A stretch of 59,636 nt of DNA from Chiloscyllium plagiosum (GCF_004010195.1 NC_057717.1:106197735-106257370); one strand, 5' to 3'. Shown: positions 36,041 through 49,589, counted from the first letter of the stretch. Notes: generated by a model not told the origin, from the sequence alone. Translations and numbers: made by a program.

Positions 36041-37096
36041 TATTTATCATAGTTACCATAGTTCATAAAGGGCTACATGACTACAGTGTATAAAAGTCAA
36101 CTTCCAAAACAAACCAAATTGATAAGGGATCTAACCGTTAAACTCTAATTAACATGTTGTGGGTTCAGGTTCAAAATGGGAAACTTTAGCACAACAATTT
36201 AGGCTGATATCCCAGTGCAACATTGATGGAGTGCTTTTTCCCTTGTACAAAATGCAAAGTATCCTTTGACTATATTTAGAGGCAGGATTACATAATCATT
36301 TCAGCATTCTCTCATTCTTGGCTCATGATTTAAAACTGGTCCAAAACAAATCCCCTTGATCAGGGTGTTCCCATTGCCACAGGGAACAGGCAGACATTGG
36401 CTGAGGTCACTGTCACAAAGAGGCACATTCCAGTTATAGATTGCTGTAACCTGCAAGTGTCTGTGGTTCGATAAGGAGCAACATGTCTCTACATGTCCCT
36501 CCCTAAGGGCACTGTGGGTCTACCTGTAGCACATGGGCTGTAGTGATTCAAGAAGGCAGCTCACCACCACCTTCTCAAGGGCAACAAAGAATGGGCAATA
36601 TTATGGTGGCCAGCCAGTGATGCCCACGTCCCACAAGTAAATTTTTTAAAAAAATCCAGAGACCACACAAAACAGGAAAGGACTGTCAAGGAAAGACTTC
36701 GTTCACAACCTGAAATATTCCTTGTGCCGGTGCTCCAAAGACATTTAGACAGTAAAAACTGATTAACTCTGAAATTTTTGAACAAAGAATTCAGCAACAC
36801 CCTGGCTGTATCAGGTGCAATTGATCTAGTTTGTTTTGTGGGACTGGATGTAATGGCTACCCTACCAACCAAATTGAAGATGTAGTGTTCCACTTCTTTT
36901 TGCCCACTGCTAATTGACCCCCTTTAAGTGTGGTGCTGGGAAGGAGTCTGCAATCCTTTGGGCATAAATGGCCAATTGATGTCCACTTAAAGGGATCATT
37001 ATGCCTCTGGTGCAATTTACGGGCAGCAGAAGAAGTTGGAGGCAAGGTGGGTAGCTTTCACCTTGCAGACTGTTGTCAGGCAACAAGGAGAAGTAA

Positions 37097-37195
37097 CCAA
37101 AAGAGAAAATGCTGGAAAATCTCAGCAGGTCTGGCAGCATCTGTAAGGAGAGAAAAGAGCTGATGTTTCGAGTCTAACTGACCCTTTGTCAAAGT
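37097..37195 (-). mobile_element. PLE pLTR fragment (similar piece at ~55680-55790)
   Basis: atgctggaaaatctcagcaggtctggcagcatctg...gatgtttcgagtc. Confidence 0.6.
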
Positions 37196-37404
37196 GCTTT
37201 AATACTTGGTTTATTGGTCTTTCTTCAATGCCTCAAGACCTTCCACACTCAGTTGTAAGGAAGATGACTTCAAAATTGGTCACCCATGTGCGAGTCATTG
37301 AAAGCTTTCATTTATTAACTCTTTCTAAGTCACAACCCACAGCATATCAATAATATCATTACATTCTGATTGGTCTAAGATAAGCAAGGCTTATTGCTAA
37401 TTTG

Positions 37405-38497
37405 TTCAAGGATCTTTGTTCTTATATAAGAAGCAAGCGGGTAACTAGAGAAAGGATTGGTCCACTAAAGGATAATGAAGGAAGGCTGTGTGTCGAACCT
37501 GAGAGAATGGGTGAGATTCCGAATGATTACTTTGCATCAGTGTTCACTGAGGAGAGGAACATGATGAATATTGAGATTAGAGATAGAAGTTTGATTAGTC
37601 TGGATCACGTTGACATAAGTAGGGAAGATGTGTTGGGTAGGCTAGAGGTTATTAAGGTGGACAAATCCCCAGGACCGGATGGGATCTATCCCAGGTTGCT
37701 AAAGGAGGCGAGAGAGGAAATAGCTGGGCTCTGACAGATATCTTTGTGGCATCCTTAAATACAGGTGAGGTGCCGGAGGACTGGAGGGTTGCTCATGTTG
37801 TCCCCCTGTACAAGAAGGGTAGTAGGGATATTCTGGATATCTACAGACCAGTGAGCCTGACGTCGGTGGTGGGAAGGTAGCTGGAGAAGGTACTGAGGGA
37901 TAGGATCTATTTATATTTAGAAAATAATGGGCTTATCAGTGATAGGCAACAGGGTTTTGTGTGGGGGTGATTGTGCCTTACCAACTTAATAGAGTTCTTT
38001 GAGGAAGTGACCAAGTTGATAGATGAAGGAAGGGCTGTTGATGTCATATACGTGGACTTTAGTAAGGCGTTTGATAAGGTTCCCCATGGTAGACTAATGG
38101 AAAAAGTGAAGTCATTTGGTGTGCATGGTGTTCTAACTAGGTGGATAAAGAACTGGTTGAGCAACAGGAGACAGAGAGTAGTAGTTGAAGGGAGTTTCTC
38201 GAAATGGAGAAGTGGTGTTCTACAGGGATCAGTGTTGGGGCCACTGTTGTTTGTAATATACCTAAATGATCTGGAAGCGCGCACTGTTGGTATGCAGATG
38301 ACACGAAGATTGGTTGAGTAGATTCATTTAAGATGCATCTGGATAAATGCATGAGTAGGTGGGGAGCAGAGGGATACAGATGCTTAGGAATTAACCGACA
38401 GGTTTAGACAGTACATTTGGATCAGCTCAGGCTTGGAGGGCAAAAGGGCCTGTTCCTGGGCTGTAAATTTTCTTTGTTCTCTTTGTTCTTTGTTCTT
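37405..38497 (+). mobile_element. CR1, 5'-truncated, large internal deletion near 38320, distinct 3' UTR
   Basis: KVDKSPGPDGIYPRLLKE, YVDFSKAFDKVPH, QGSVLGPLLF; (ttctttg)n tail. Confidence 0.9.
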
Positions 38498-39132
38498 AAA
38501 GGTGATGGACATTGACTGATGCCACCTCCCACTATCTCCTGATAGTTTCTTAGATTGTCAATTATCCATGGGTCCCACCTTTTCAGTAAGTAAAATATTA
38601 TTTCCCTCTTTATTAAGGAAATAAAGGGAGGCATATGCAATCAAGGCCCAGAGACTTGTAGCTTTGAGCTCCTGTCTCAATGTTGTTTAACTGGCAAAGT
38701 TCCCATTACATCATACACTTACTAATCGCTGACCATTTGTTTTTCCTGTGTTTGAATGTTTGGAAATAGTTTACATTCACCAAGTCAGAAGATACTAATC
38801 TCTACAAATTGTTTTAAATTCTAAAAGATGATATAATTACACATTTACACACATTAAACACATTGTTACCAAGTAAACACATTGTTGCCAAGTTAACACT
38901 AATGCAAAAATTACATTTAGTCAATTGCTATACTTTGAATTTTGCAGTATAAGCACATGATTGTGATTTCTGCCAGTTAAGATGGGAAACCCCACAACCT
39001 GTAACAAGAACTTGGATGAGTACTTGAAATGGCACAGCATTCCAGACCATGGGTATACTGCTGGAAATTCAACCTTGGAAGTCTGTATTTGAAACTAAAA
39101 AAAACCTCATTCGTTCTTTCAGCTGTAGATTT

Positions 39133-39451
39133 TAGATTAGATTCCCTACAGTATGGAAACAAGCCCTTCGGCCCAACAAGTCCACACCCTCCAAAGAGTA
39201 ACGCACCCAGACCCATTCCCCCACTGTCTATTTACTCCTAACTAATGCACCTAACACTATGGGGCAATTTAGCATGGCCAATTCACCTGACCTGCACATC
39301 TTTGGATTGTGGGAAGAAACCAGAGCACCCAGAGGAAACTTGCGCAGACACAGAGTGAATGTGCAAACTCCACATAGAAGTCACCTGAGGCAGGAATTGA
39401 GCCTGGGTCCCTGGCGCTGTGAGGCAGCAGTGCTAACCACTGTGCCGCCCC
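39133..39451 (-). mobile_element. HE1-type SINE
   Basis: Tail, V-domain and head in reverse complement. Confidence 0.9.
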
Positions 39452-40934
39452 ATAGGTCGAAACATTCGGTTCCTGTCTTAATCCTGTTCACAATCCTATG
39501 GTATGTTTTTAATCAAATGAAGCTAAGCAGTCACATGATGTTAGTGTCAAGATCTGCGTTGGCTACTATTAAGTGGAATAGTGTAATATTAGATTATAAA
39601 TGAATATACTTTGATTATGTGATTATAAACCAAAATCAATCATGAAATGTTAGTTTTCCTACTAATCCTACACTGGGTGTATATAGTTTTAGTAGGATAG
39701 CAGGGTTTCAGCAGGGAAACAGCTTTCAGCTTTTTGTGTTGGATTTAGAGATCCACAAAAAAAAAATTAAAAATTCGAGTTTGATTTCAGTTTTAGTTGT
39801 ACTCAGTATATTTGTAACTATTTTGGCCACATAGGATCCCTGCTCTGATGACCTGCTAATACTCAATTCTCATTGGTTTTAATTTGTCATGCTGAAAAGA
39901 TATCTGATTTCGTAAAATGTGCCAATAATTTTACCAAGATCTGGGGCCTGGAAGTTCCTTAGTCATTGAATTTTCCTAATGTCTGAAGCTGGACTCTCCC
40001 TGTTTTTACGTGTTTGCAGCGTTTCTGTTTTTATATAAAAAGTAGTCTCGTGAGCTCGCCAATGGTTCAGTTTTATTCGTTTCTGTGTTCATTTTCAGCA
40101 GCTAGTGATAAGGTATGCTTCAGTGCCGTCAAACTGCAGAGTGCCAGAAGAGGGTGTGTATCAGTTAGTGAAAATTTATACTGGCCCCTGAGTGGAATGG
40201 AACATTTCACACAGTGTGATACACCTGTCTCAGTTGTCAGCCTCTGTACATGTACCAAACATGATGAATAAAAAGGAACAATTCACTGGTCTCTTATAAT
40301 GTACAGCTTACATAGGTCTCATTGTTAATTCTGGATAAGTAAAGAACACAGCAGGCAAAAAGGAACAAAACTCTTTCTTTGATTATTTTTGTCCCACGTG
40401 TGTGTTAGCCGCAGTAGATTAAAAAAAAGCTCCCTGACACTGGGCCTTGTTTTGAATCCCAACGTCCATCAATTTACCTATACAGAATATATCAAAGTAA
40501 AATAAAACAATTCATTCAGATCTGTCAGTTGATAAGGGATATCCTTAGCAAGTGAGGTGATGTAATCGACTCCCATACCTATTTCACTTCCTAAATACCA
40601 TGCTCAGAGATGCCAAATTGCATATGTTGATTCAAATAGTGATGAAATTCTGTCTGTCAAAACTCAGTTATTGAACACCAAGCAAAGGTAAAGTCCTATT
40701 TAAAACAAAATCAGAGTGGTTTATTTCCTAAGTTTTTTTTCAAACTTGCATACGACAGTGACTGTTCATAAACTGACCCTGCGCCTTCTGAACAATCTTC
40801 TATTTATTTCTGTCAATTCCTTTCTATAAAAATGATATTTCAAGTCAAGTAACCCCACAGACATATTACTCGTCTGGGCATTAAAAGCCACTTAAGTCTT
40901 TTTGAAAAAAATAATTTCAGTTATGAGTCTATCC

Positions 40935-42700
40935 GAGTTGCCCTAATAGAGAAATGTATTATAGCTATTACAGAAACATAGTTGCAGGAAGATGAAAGTT
41001 AGGAACTAAACATTCAGGGATATGTGACCTTTCAAAAGGACAAGCAGGAAGCAAAAGTTGGTGAGGATGCTTTGTTAGTACGAGACTGAATAAGGACAAT
41101 ACCAAGAAATGACCTTGGATTGGAAGCTGTAGGATCCATGTGGGTCGAAGTAAGAAGTAACAAGGGGAAGAAGAGTCTGGTAGGAATAGTTGGGCAGAGT
41201 AGTACAATAGTCAGATACAAATTATAATGAGGGGATATAAAAAAGGCAGTATGTTATTTATTGTGACTTTAGTCTTTTCATAGATTAGGAAAATCAAATT
41301 GGCAGAGTTAGCCATGAGAAAGAATTCATTGTGAATTTGGGAGTTTCCGAGAACAACATGTTGTAGTTCCATCCGAGGATCAAGTTATTTTGGATCTAGT
41401 ATGTATAATTTGGTAGGGTTAATAAATTATGTCAAGAGTAAAAGATGCCCTTGGAAGCAGTGATTGCAACATAATAAAACTTAGCATTCCGTTTGAGAGA
41501 TAGAATCCTGGGCTGGATAAAGTTGTGTTAAACTTATATACGAGTAATTACAAAAGAATGAGTCTACAGTTGGTTTGAGTGGACTGGGAGAGAAGAGTTT
41601 AGCCAGAAACACTGTTGAGGAACAGTGGCAGACATCTAAGAATATAGTTCATGACTCACAATAAAAATATTTCCCAATGAGAAAGAAGGATTCTAAGAAG
41701 GTGATTAAGCAACTATGGTTGTCCAAAGATATTAAGGATCAAGTTGAAAGAAAAAAGATACACAATGTAACAAAGTTCAGTGTAAAACAGAGGATTGAGA
41801 AAGTTTGTTTTTTAAAAAAAATGATGACCCCCAAAAAAAGAAAAAAATAAGCTTTAATGATAAACTAGAAAGCAATACCAAACCAGACATGAAGAATTTC
41901 TTTAATTATGAAGACAGGAAGAGCAAGGCAAAAATAAATTTAAACTCCTTAGAAAATGAGGCTGGGGAAATAATAACGGGGAACTAGGAAATGAACTATT
42001 TGAATAAAAACTTTGCATCAGTCTTCACAGTAGATGACAGCAATGGTATTCCAAAACTATAAATAATCAAGGAGCAAAAGGAAGAGAGGAAATATATGCA
42101 ATAACCTGAAAGTGGCAGGATAGGTTATTAGGTAGTTCAGGAGGCAAATGAGACACTTGCCTTTATCACTCGTGCCTATGTTATAAAAGCAGGGATGTTG
42201 TGTTTGAGTTCTACGAAACTTTGGTTAGGCCACAGCTGGAGTACTGTGTGCAATTCTTGTAACCACACTACAGAAAGGATGTGATTGCACTGGAATTAAT
42301 ACAAAGAAAATTCATCAGAATGTTGTCTGAGATGGAGTAGTTTAGCTATGAAGAGAGGCTGGATAAGGTTGGGTTGTTTTCTTCTGAGCAGAGAAGACTA
42401 AGGATGGACCTGATTGAGATGTAAAAGATAATGAGGGGCATGGACATGATGAATAAGAATCATCATTTTTCCTTAGTTGAAGATTCAGTAACATAATTTT
42501 AAGGTGAAGGGCAGAACGCTTTGAGATATTTGGGGAAAATGTTTTTCACCAAGAGGATGGTGGGAATCTTGAATGTCTTGGAGAGTAGTAGAGGTGCAAA
42601 CCTCAACCTTTAAAAAGTACATGGATGAGCACTTGAAATGTCATAACATTGAAGGCTGTGGGACAGGTGCTGGAAAGTGGGATTTGTGAAAGTAGGTCAA
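40935..42700 (+). mobile_element. Old CR1 (EN region joined to RT C-terminus)
   Basis: IIAITET, ELNIQGY, LVRPQLEYCVQF, FTKRMVGI motifs with many stops. Confidence 0.8.
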
Positions 42701-44899
42701 TGCGTGTAGTCAGTTTGAATTCCACTGGGGTCTCTCAACCCCTGACCTCATTATAGCCTTGGTGAAAAATGGATAAAAGAGTTGTGAGGTGAGTGTGACT
42801 GCCCTATATGTAAGGGTGGGTTGGCCTAACTTTATGTTGCGAGAATGCAGCACTTCTTGTTATCATGTGTTTCTGCTTCATGGGTGTGTTCCACTCACAA
42901 GGGTTGGATGGTATAACAAAACAAATTCAACTTATAAAAGTCCCCAACTCAGCAAATCCTTCCCAACTACGTCAGGAAATAAAGCCTCAGTTTTGCATAA
43001 TGTATGTTGCACTATGCTTCATTTTAACATGCAACTTCATTTTTACTGACAATACAATACTTTCTTTTCTGCATTCAGCTTCCAACTTCGATCAAGGTGC
43101 TTTGCATCAGTATCAGTAATTGAGTACCAGAGTAATTGTTTCTGACCCTGTGTCGTATTGCCCAGTAATTGTTAAGATCAGGCCAATGAGATTGGTTCTG
43201 CTGCTCAGTTTCATCATATTTCATGCTACCAACCAGAGTCAATTGGCATCACTGCATTAAGGTCACCACCACATTGTCCTGCAGCAAAATACAGGCAAAT
43301 AATGCATGGGTGGCATTGTTATAACGGTATTACCATTATTCTGCCACAGTGTGGAGTGTAGCACGAGAAGCACTGCTGCTGCTGACCTTGTTAGACTTAT
43401 ATGACAAACAATCTTTAACTGAATCTATAAAGCTACCGTGTGCCCACATTTTCCCTGATAATAAAGAATGCAGGCGAGATATGACACAGGATGTAGTGTA
43501 AAGCTGTGACTAATAACACCAGATGCAGTAAACTACACACAAGGAGGATGGTATTCAATGATGGGGAGGTGCAGGTGTTGGACTGGAGTGGACAAAGTTA
43601 AAAGTCAAACAACACGAGATTATAGTGCAATAGGTTTATTTTGGGAGTACAATATATTGCATAAGTTGTCTGACACTATGATCTTCTGCTATAAATTCTG
43701 TGTCCTATGACTGCTCCAACAGCTACCTGACAAAAGTGTATACATAGAACATAGACCAGTACAGCACAGTACATAACCTTCGACCCTTGGTGTTGTGCTG
43801 GCCTTTTATACTGCTCTAAGATCAGACTAACCTGCATACCCTTCATTGTACTATCTTCCATGTGCCTTTCCAAGAGTTGCTTAGATGTCCCTAATGTATC
43901 TGACTCTACTCCCACTGCCGGCAGTGCATTCCATTCACTCACCACTCTCTGTGTAAAGAACCTACCTTTGTCATCTCCCCTAAACCTTCCTCCAATAATC
44001 TTAAAATTATGCTCCTTCGTGATAGACATTTCTTCCCTGGGAAAAAGTCTCTGGCTATGCACTCCATCTATGCCTCTCATCATCTTGTACATCGCTATTA
44101 AGTTACCTCTCATCCTTTTTTGTTCCAATGAGAAAAGTCCTAGCTCCCTCAACCTTTCTTCATAAGACATGCCCTCCAGTCCAGGCAGCATTCTGGTAAA
44201 TCTCTTCTGCATCCTTTCTAAAACTTCCACATCTTTCCTATACTGAGGCGACCAGAACTTAACACAATATTTCAAGTGTGGCCTACCCAGAGCTGTAGCA
44301 TAACCTCATGGCTCTTAAACACAATCACCCTGCTAATGAATGCCAACACACTGTATGCTTTTTTAACAACTCTATCAATTTGGGTGGCAGCTTTGAGGAG
44401 CTATGAACATGGACCCCAAAATTCCTCTGTTCCTCCACACTGCCAGGAATGCTGCCTTTACCCGTGTGATCTGCATTCAAACTTGACCTTCCAAAGTGAA
44501 TCACTTCACGCTTTTCCAGGTTGAACTCCATCTGCTACTTGTCAGCCCAGTTCTGCATCCTGTCAATGTCCCGTTGCAACCTACAAAAGCCCTCCACACT
44601 ATCCACCACTCCACCAACCTTTATGTCATCGGCAAACTTACTAATCCACCCTACCACTTCCTTATTCAAATTATTTATAAAAAATCACAAAGAGCAGAGG
44701 TCCTGGAACTGAGCCCTGTGGAGCACCATTGGTTACCAAGCTCCATGCTGAATACTTTCCATCTATGACCACCCTCTGTCTTCTATTGGCCAGCCAACTA
44801 TGTATCTAGACAGTCAGATTTCCCTGTACCCCGTGCCTCCTTTCTGAATGAGCCTACCATGGGGAACCTTATCAAATGCCTTGCTAAAATCCATGTACA

Positions 44900-44994
44900 G
44901 AGTCGAGAGTGTGGTGCTGGAAAAGCACACCAGGTCAACAGCATCCGAGGAGTAGGAGAATCGATGTTTCAGATATAAGCCCTTCATCAGGAAT
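44900..44994 (-). mobile_element. PLE pLTR fragment in the CR1
   Basis: gtggtgctggaaaagcacaccaggtc...cccttcatcagg; imperfect TSD aatcca(tg/ga)tac. Confidence 0.7.
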
Positions 44995-45501
44995 CCAGAT
45001 ACGCCACATCCACTGCTCTACCTTCATCTATGTGTTTTGTCACATCCTCAAAGAATTCAGTAAGGTTCGTGAGGCATGACCTGCCCCTCACAAAGCCATG
45101 CTGACTATCTCTAATCAAACTATGGTTTTCCAAGTAATCATAAATCCTGTCTCTCAGAGTCCTCTCCAATAATTTGCCCTTCACTGACATAAGACTGATT
45201 GGTCTGTAATTCCCAGGATTATCCCTATTCCCTTTTTTGAATGAAGGAATAACATTTGCCACCTTCAATCATTGTCACTACTCCAGTGGACAGTAAGGAT
45301 GCAAAGATCATTGCCAAAGGCACAGCAATCTCTTCTCGCTTTCTGTAGTTACCTTGGGTATATCCTGTCTGGCCCAGGGCACTTACCTATCCTTATGTTT
45401 TTCAAAATTTTCAGCACATCCTCCTTCCTAACATCAACCTGTTCTGGCATATCGGTCTGTTTCGTGCTGCCATCAGAAACATCAAGGTCCCTCTCAATAG
45501 T

Positions 45502-46803
45502 CTAAATTAGAGTGGTGCTGGAAAAGCACAGCAGGTCAGGCAGCATCTGAGGAGCAGGAAAATCGATGTTTCGGGCAAAGGCCCTTCATCAGGAATGGAG
45601 GCAGGGAGCCTCCAGGGTGGAGAGATAAATGGGGAGAGGGGAGGGTGGGGCTGGGAAGAAGGTAGCAAAGCGTACAATAGGTGAATGGGGGTGGGGATGG
45701 AGGTGATAGGTCAGAGAGGAGGGTGAGAGAAGATACCAAAGAGTGCAATGGGTGAATGGAGGTGGGGATGAAGATGATAGGTCAGAGGGGAGGGTGGAAC
45801 GGATGGGTGGGAGATTGGCGGATAGGACAGGCCACGAGGACGGTGCTGAGCTGCAAGTTTGGAACTAGGGTAAGGTGGAGGGAGGGTAAATGAGGAAACT
45901 GGTGAAGTCCACATTGATGCACTGGGGTTGAAGTGTTCTGAGGCAAAAGTTGAGTCTTCTTCCTCCAGGCGTTGGCTGGTGAGGAAGCGGCAGTGGAGGA
46001 GGCCCAGGACCTGCATGTCCTCGGCAGAGTGGGAGGGGGAGCTGAAATGTTGGGCCACAGGGCGCTGGGGTTGATTGGTGCGGATGTCCTGGAGATGTTC
46101 CCTAAAGCGTTCTGCGAGGAGGTGTCCAGTCTTCCCAATGTAGAGGAGACTGCATCGAGATCAACGGATAGAATAAATGAAATTGGTGAATGTACAGGTG
46201 AAACTTTGATGGATGTGGAAGGCTCCTTTGGGGCCTTGGATGGAGGTGAGGGAGGAGGTGTGAACGCAGGTCTTGCAATTCCTGCGGTGGCAGGGGAGTG
46301 TGCCAGGATGTGAAGGTGGGTTGTTGGGGGGGTGGGGGTGGACCTGACCAGGTAGTCACGGAGGGAATGGTTTTTGCAGAAGGCGGAAAGTGGTGGGGAG
46401 GGAAATACATTGCTGGTGGTGGGGTCTGTTTGGAGGTGGCAGAAATGTAGGCGGATGGTGCAGTTTATGCGAAGGTTGAGGTGAGGACCGGGGGGTTCTG
46501 TCCTTGTTATGGTTGGAGGGGTGGTGTTTGAGGGCGCAGGTGCGGGATGTGGATGAGATGCATTGGAGGGCATCTTCAACCACATGGTAAGGGAAATTGC
46601 GGTCTCTAAAGAAGGAGGCCATCTGGCCAGTCGGTGGGTTTGTAAAAAAATGTCAGTGTCATTAATGGAGATGGAGAGGTCCAGGAGGGGAGCGAGGTGT
46701 CAGAGATGTTCCCAGGTGAATTTAAGATTAGGGTGGAATGTATTGGTGAAGTTGATGAACTGGTCAACCTCCTTGCGGGAGCACGAGGTGGCGCCGATGC
46801 AGT
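45502..46803 (-). mobile_element. Penelope-like element: RT thumb, GIY-YIG and pLTR, 5'-truncated
   Basis: Frameshifted FYKPTD, MASFFRDRNFP, FTCTFTNFIYSIR..LLYIGKTG..ERFREHL, AQHFSSPSHS; hammerhead-like motif at 45561-45596; ~70-bp internal duplication near 45655-45795. Confidence 0.9.
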
Positions 46804-46917
46804 AGTGAATACTGAAGCAAGGTATTCATTAAGGACCTCCCCTACCTCCTTCGACTCCAGGCATAAGTTCCCTCCGCTATCCCTGATCAGCCCTAACCTC
46901 ATGCTGGCCATCCTCTT

Positions 46918-47064
46918 TTTTACAAACTGACATTTTTTACAAACCCACTGACTCCCACAGCTACCTGGATTACACCTCTTCCCACCCTACCTCCTGCAAA
47001 AATGCCATCCCGTATTCCCAATTCCTCAGCCTCCGCCGTATCTGCTCCCAGGAGGACCAATTCC
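46918..47064 (+). mobile_element. Isolated inverted PLE RT segment
   Basis: Open TDIFYKPTDSHSYLDYTSSHPTSCKNAIPYSQFLSLRRICSQEDQF. Confidence 0.85.
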
Positions 47065-47417
47065 TCACATAAGTGTCGAATGCCTTAGAGTTTTCCTTAA
47101 TCCTACCTGCTAAAGTTTATCTCGTGCCCCTTCTAGCTCTCCGAAGTCCATTCTTCAGTTCCTTCCTGGCTACCTCGTAACCCTCTAAAGCCCTGTCTGA
47201 TCCTTGCCTCCTCAACCTCAAGTAAGCTTCCTTCTTCTTCATCTTGAAGTAAGCTTCTTTCTTCCTCTTGTACATCCAAATAAACTGTTGGACCATAACC
47301 TGGTGTTGTGATTTTTACAGTTATTCAATGAGATAGTGCAAAGAAAAATACGTTAAAATTCAAAACAAATGGATCAAACAGAAAATCAGATTTCCAAATA
47401 TTAGCTTATAGATAAAT

Positions 47418-47563
47418 GAAGTCATAGAGTAACACAGCACGGGTACAGACCTTTCAGTCCAATTTGTCTATGCAAATTTCTCAAACTAAAACTAGTCCCA
47501 CTTGCCTGCATTTGGACCCTATCCCTCTAAATCTTTCCTATTCATGTGCCAATCTAAATGTCT
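47418..47563 (-). mobile_element. CR1 3' tail fragment (similar piece at 52262-52380)
   Basis: gtcatagagt..cagcac..ctagtcccacttgcctgcatttggaccctatccctctaaatctttcc. Confidence 0.7.
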
Positions 47564-48640
47564 GAAAATCAATTTAGCATCCAGTTTCAATATTAATAGG
47601 TGACTAATTTTATAATTCACTTTAACAATGATCTATCACAGAATGTGACAAAGAGCTCAAAAACCCAGATAAGCCTTGGCTGAATGGATATTGTGGCTGG
47701 AGGATGAGCATGAATGTGGTTACAATGGATGAAAGAAACAAGGGTAGTGGGGAATAGATACATCTTGAATTACTGATTTAAATAGATGGATTATATGAGT
47801 CATTATCTTGTTTGAGTAGCCAAAACTGCAAAATTAATACTTGTCACCATTCAATCATTTCAGATGTTTATTTATTGTTATTGTTAGATATTCATTGTCA
47901 CAAGACTAACTCAGACTGTAACTACACAAATAGAATTCTGAGACAGAAGATGCAATTGAAGTTTTCTGGAAACACAGTTCCTATACCTCACATTGACTTC
48001 CACTGCGGTCAACTTTATGTTAACTAGGTAGGAATGCCATTGACTGGATGTCTTTGAGTAAATGTATAACTGGAAAGAACAGCAAAAAGCAATTGGTGGT
48101 TCATTTAGTGGAATGGCATATTACCCATATTGGAGAATTGTATCAGTTTTAGTTATTGTGTCTGATGTCTAGTGTAGAGTATATGTTTTTATATTTGAAA
48201 TGGATGCCATGAAATGCCTTTTATAGCAGTCAACAATAAACTAGGCCAAAGTGATGAAAATAGCAGAGAAACAGGAAGAGGTTGCCCATCCCACCTGTTT
48301 CAGTTTTTAATAATAACAGATACCTGAATACCTTCTTCCTTTTGCTGCTGGTAAAGCAGCTACATGTTGTGAACTGCATAACAGGAAACAAAGTAAATGG
48401 TAACATAATTTTTGTTCTATTTTTGCTTTCCTTTCTCCTTGATTACATGCATTACTCCTTTGATTGATTATATTTGTCAGATGTCATTGCTGAATGAATT
48501 TTGAATAGACATTGGCAGTATTTTATATTTACAGGATAATTTGTCTGGAATTTGCAGGACCCATTTGTCAGACAGCTGGTAAAACTTGAAAAAATGAAAT
48601 TTAATGACATCATATACGAACCCTCCATTAAGATCACAAA

Positions 48641-49213
48641 TGGAGAAAGTGAAGACTGCAGATGCTGGAGATCAGAGTCGAAGGGTGTGGTGCTGGAAAA
48701 GCACAGCAGGTCAGGCAGCATCTGAGGAGCAGGAAAGTCGATAAAGAAATGATGTTTCGAGCATAAGCTCTTCATCAGGCATGAGAAGGTGGCCCAAGGG
48801 GGCTGAGAGATAAATGGGAGGGATTGTGATAGGTGGGTCAAAGTGGGGGTGAAGGTTATAGGTTGGAGAGGAAGGTGGAGCAAACGGGTGGGAAGGAAGA
48901 TGGACAGATAGGACGGTTCAAGAGTGTGGTGCCAAGTTGGAAGGTTGGATCTGGGATACGGTATGGGAAGAGGAAATGAGGAACCTGGTGAATTCCACAT
49001 TGATCCCTTGTAGTTGGAGGGTCCCAAGGTGGAAGATGATGCATTCTTCCTCCAGGCGTCAGGCGGCTAGAGTTTGATGGTGGAGGAGGCCCAGGTCTTG
49101 CATGTCCTTGGGGGAGTGGGAAGGGAAATTAAAGTTTCTCAGTTGCAAAGAAAAAATGTTTCGAGCATATGCTCTTCATCAAGAATGAGGGGGTGGCCTA
49201 AGGGACTGAGAAA
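48641..49213 (-). mobile_element. PLE 3' end (pLTR and end of GIY-YIG ORF) with partial repeat at 49150-49213
   Basis: Tail ggagaaagtgaagactgcagatgctggagatc matches 11874; hammerhead-like CTGATGA-a-GAGC-ttat-GCTC-GAAAC at 48751-48779. Confidence 0.85.
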
Positions 49214-49589
49214 CACAGCATCTGCCCCATTCCTGACTGGTATTTTCTCTTTAACAGCTGCAGAGAATGAGATGGAAGTATTCTTTAAAAAAAAGGTTAA
49301 AGTTTCAAATACTTAAATAAATGTGAATATACACTCCAAAATCCATCTGATCTTCAGTACTTTTGAAGGTCCTATCATTCACGGTGTAACCTCTTGCTTT
49401 GTTAGCCCTCACCATGTAACATCATACTTTATTGGGTTGAATTCCATTTATCACTCGTCTGATTACCTGACTAGTCCATTGTAGTGTCGTCACCACCACT
49501 GTAATGTAGGAAGTACTGCAGCCAATTTGTGCAAACAAGCTCTCAAAACCAGTAAAATAATAATGACCAAAAAGTCACAATCCTGAGAG

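Larger units (their letters stand above)
43737..47270 (-). mobile_element. CR1 LINE ORF2, decayed, with three PLE-derived insertions
   Basis: ORFs 43676-44275 (FFTQRVVSEWNALP) and 44987-45268 (DNPGNYRPISL); catagaacataga tail. Confidence 0.9.
43565..47316. mobile_element. PLE fold-back element (pieces 43565-43733 and 47272-47316) split by a CR1
   Basis: Left piece is homologous to 54415-54500, followed by sense gctataaattctgtgtcctatga..cagctacctgac; right piece ccaaataaactgttggaccataacctggtgttgtg is the inverted arm. Confidence 0.7.

Noticed and set aside
38855..38900. 19-bp tandem duplication aaacacattgtt(a/g)ccaagt
   Set aside because: Ordinary slippage repeat with no further structure
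40609..40688. 80-nt open segment between ctcag and gtaaag (RCQIAYVDSNSDEILSVKTQLLNTKQ)
   Set aside because: Mediocre splice sites, unrecognised peptide, and similar chance candidates occur on the opposite strand (e.g. ~38720-38800)
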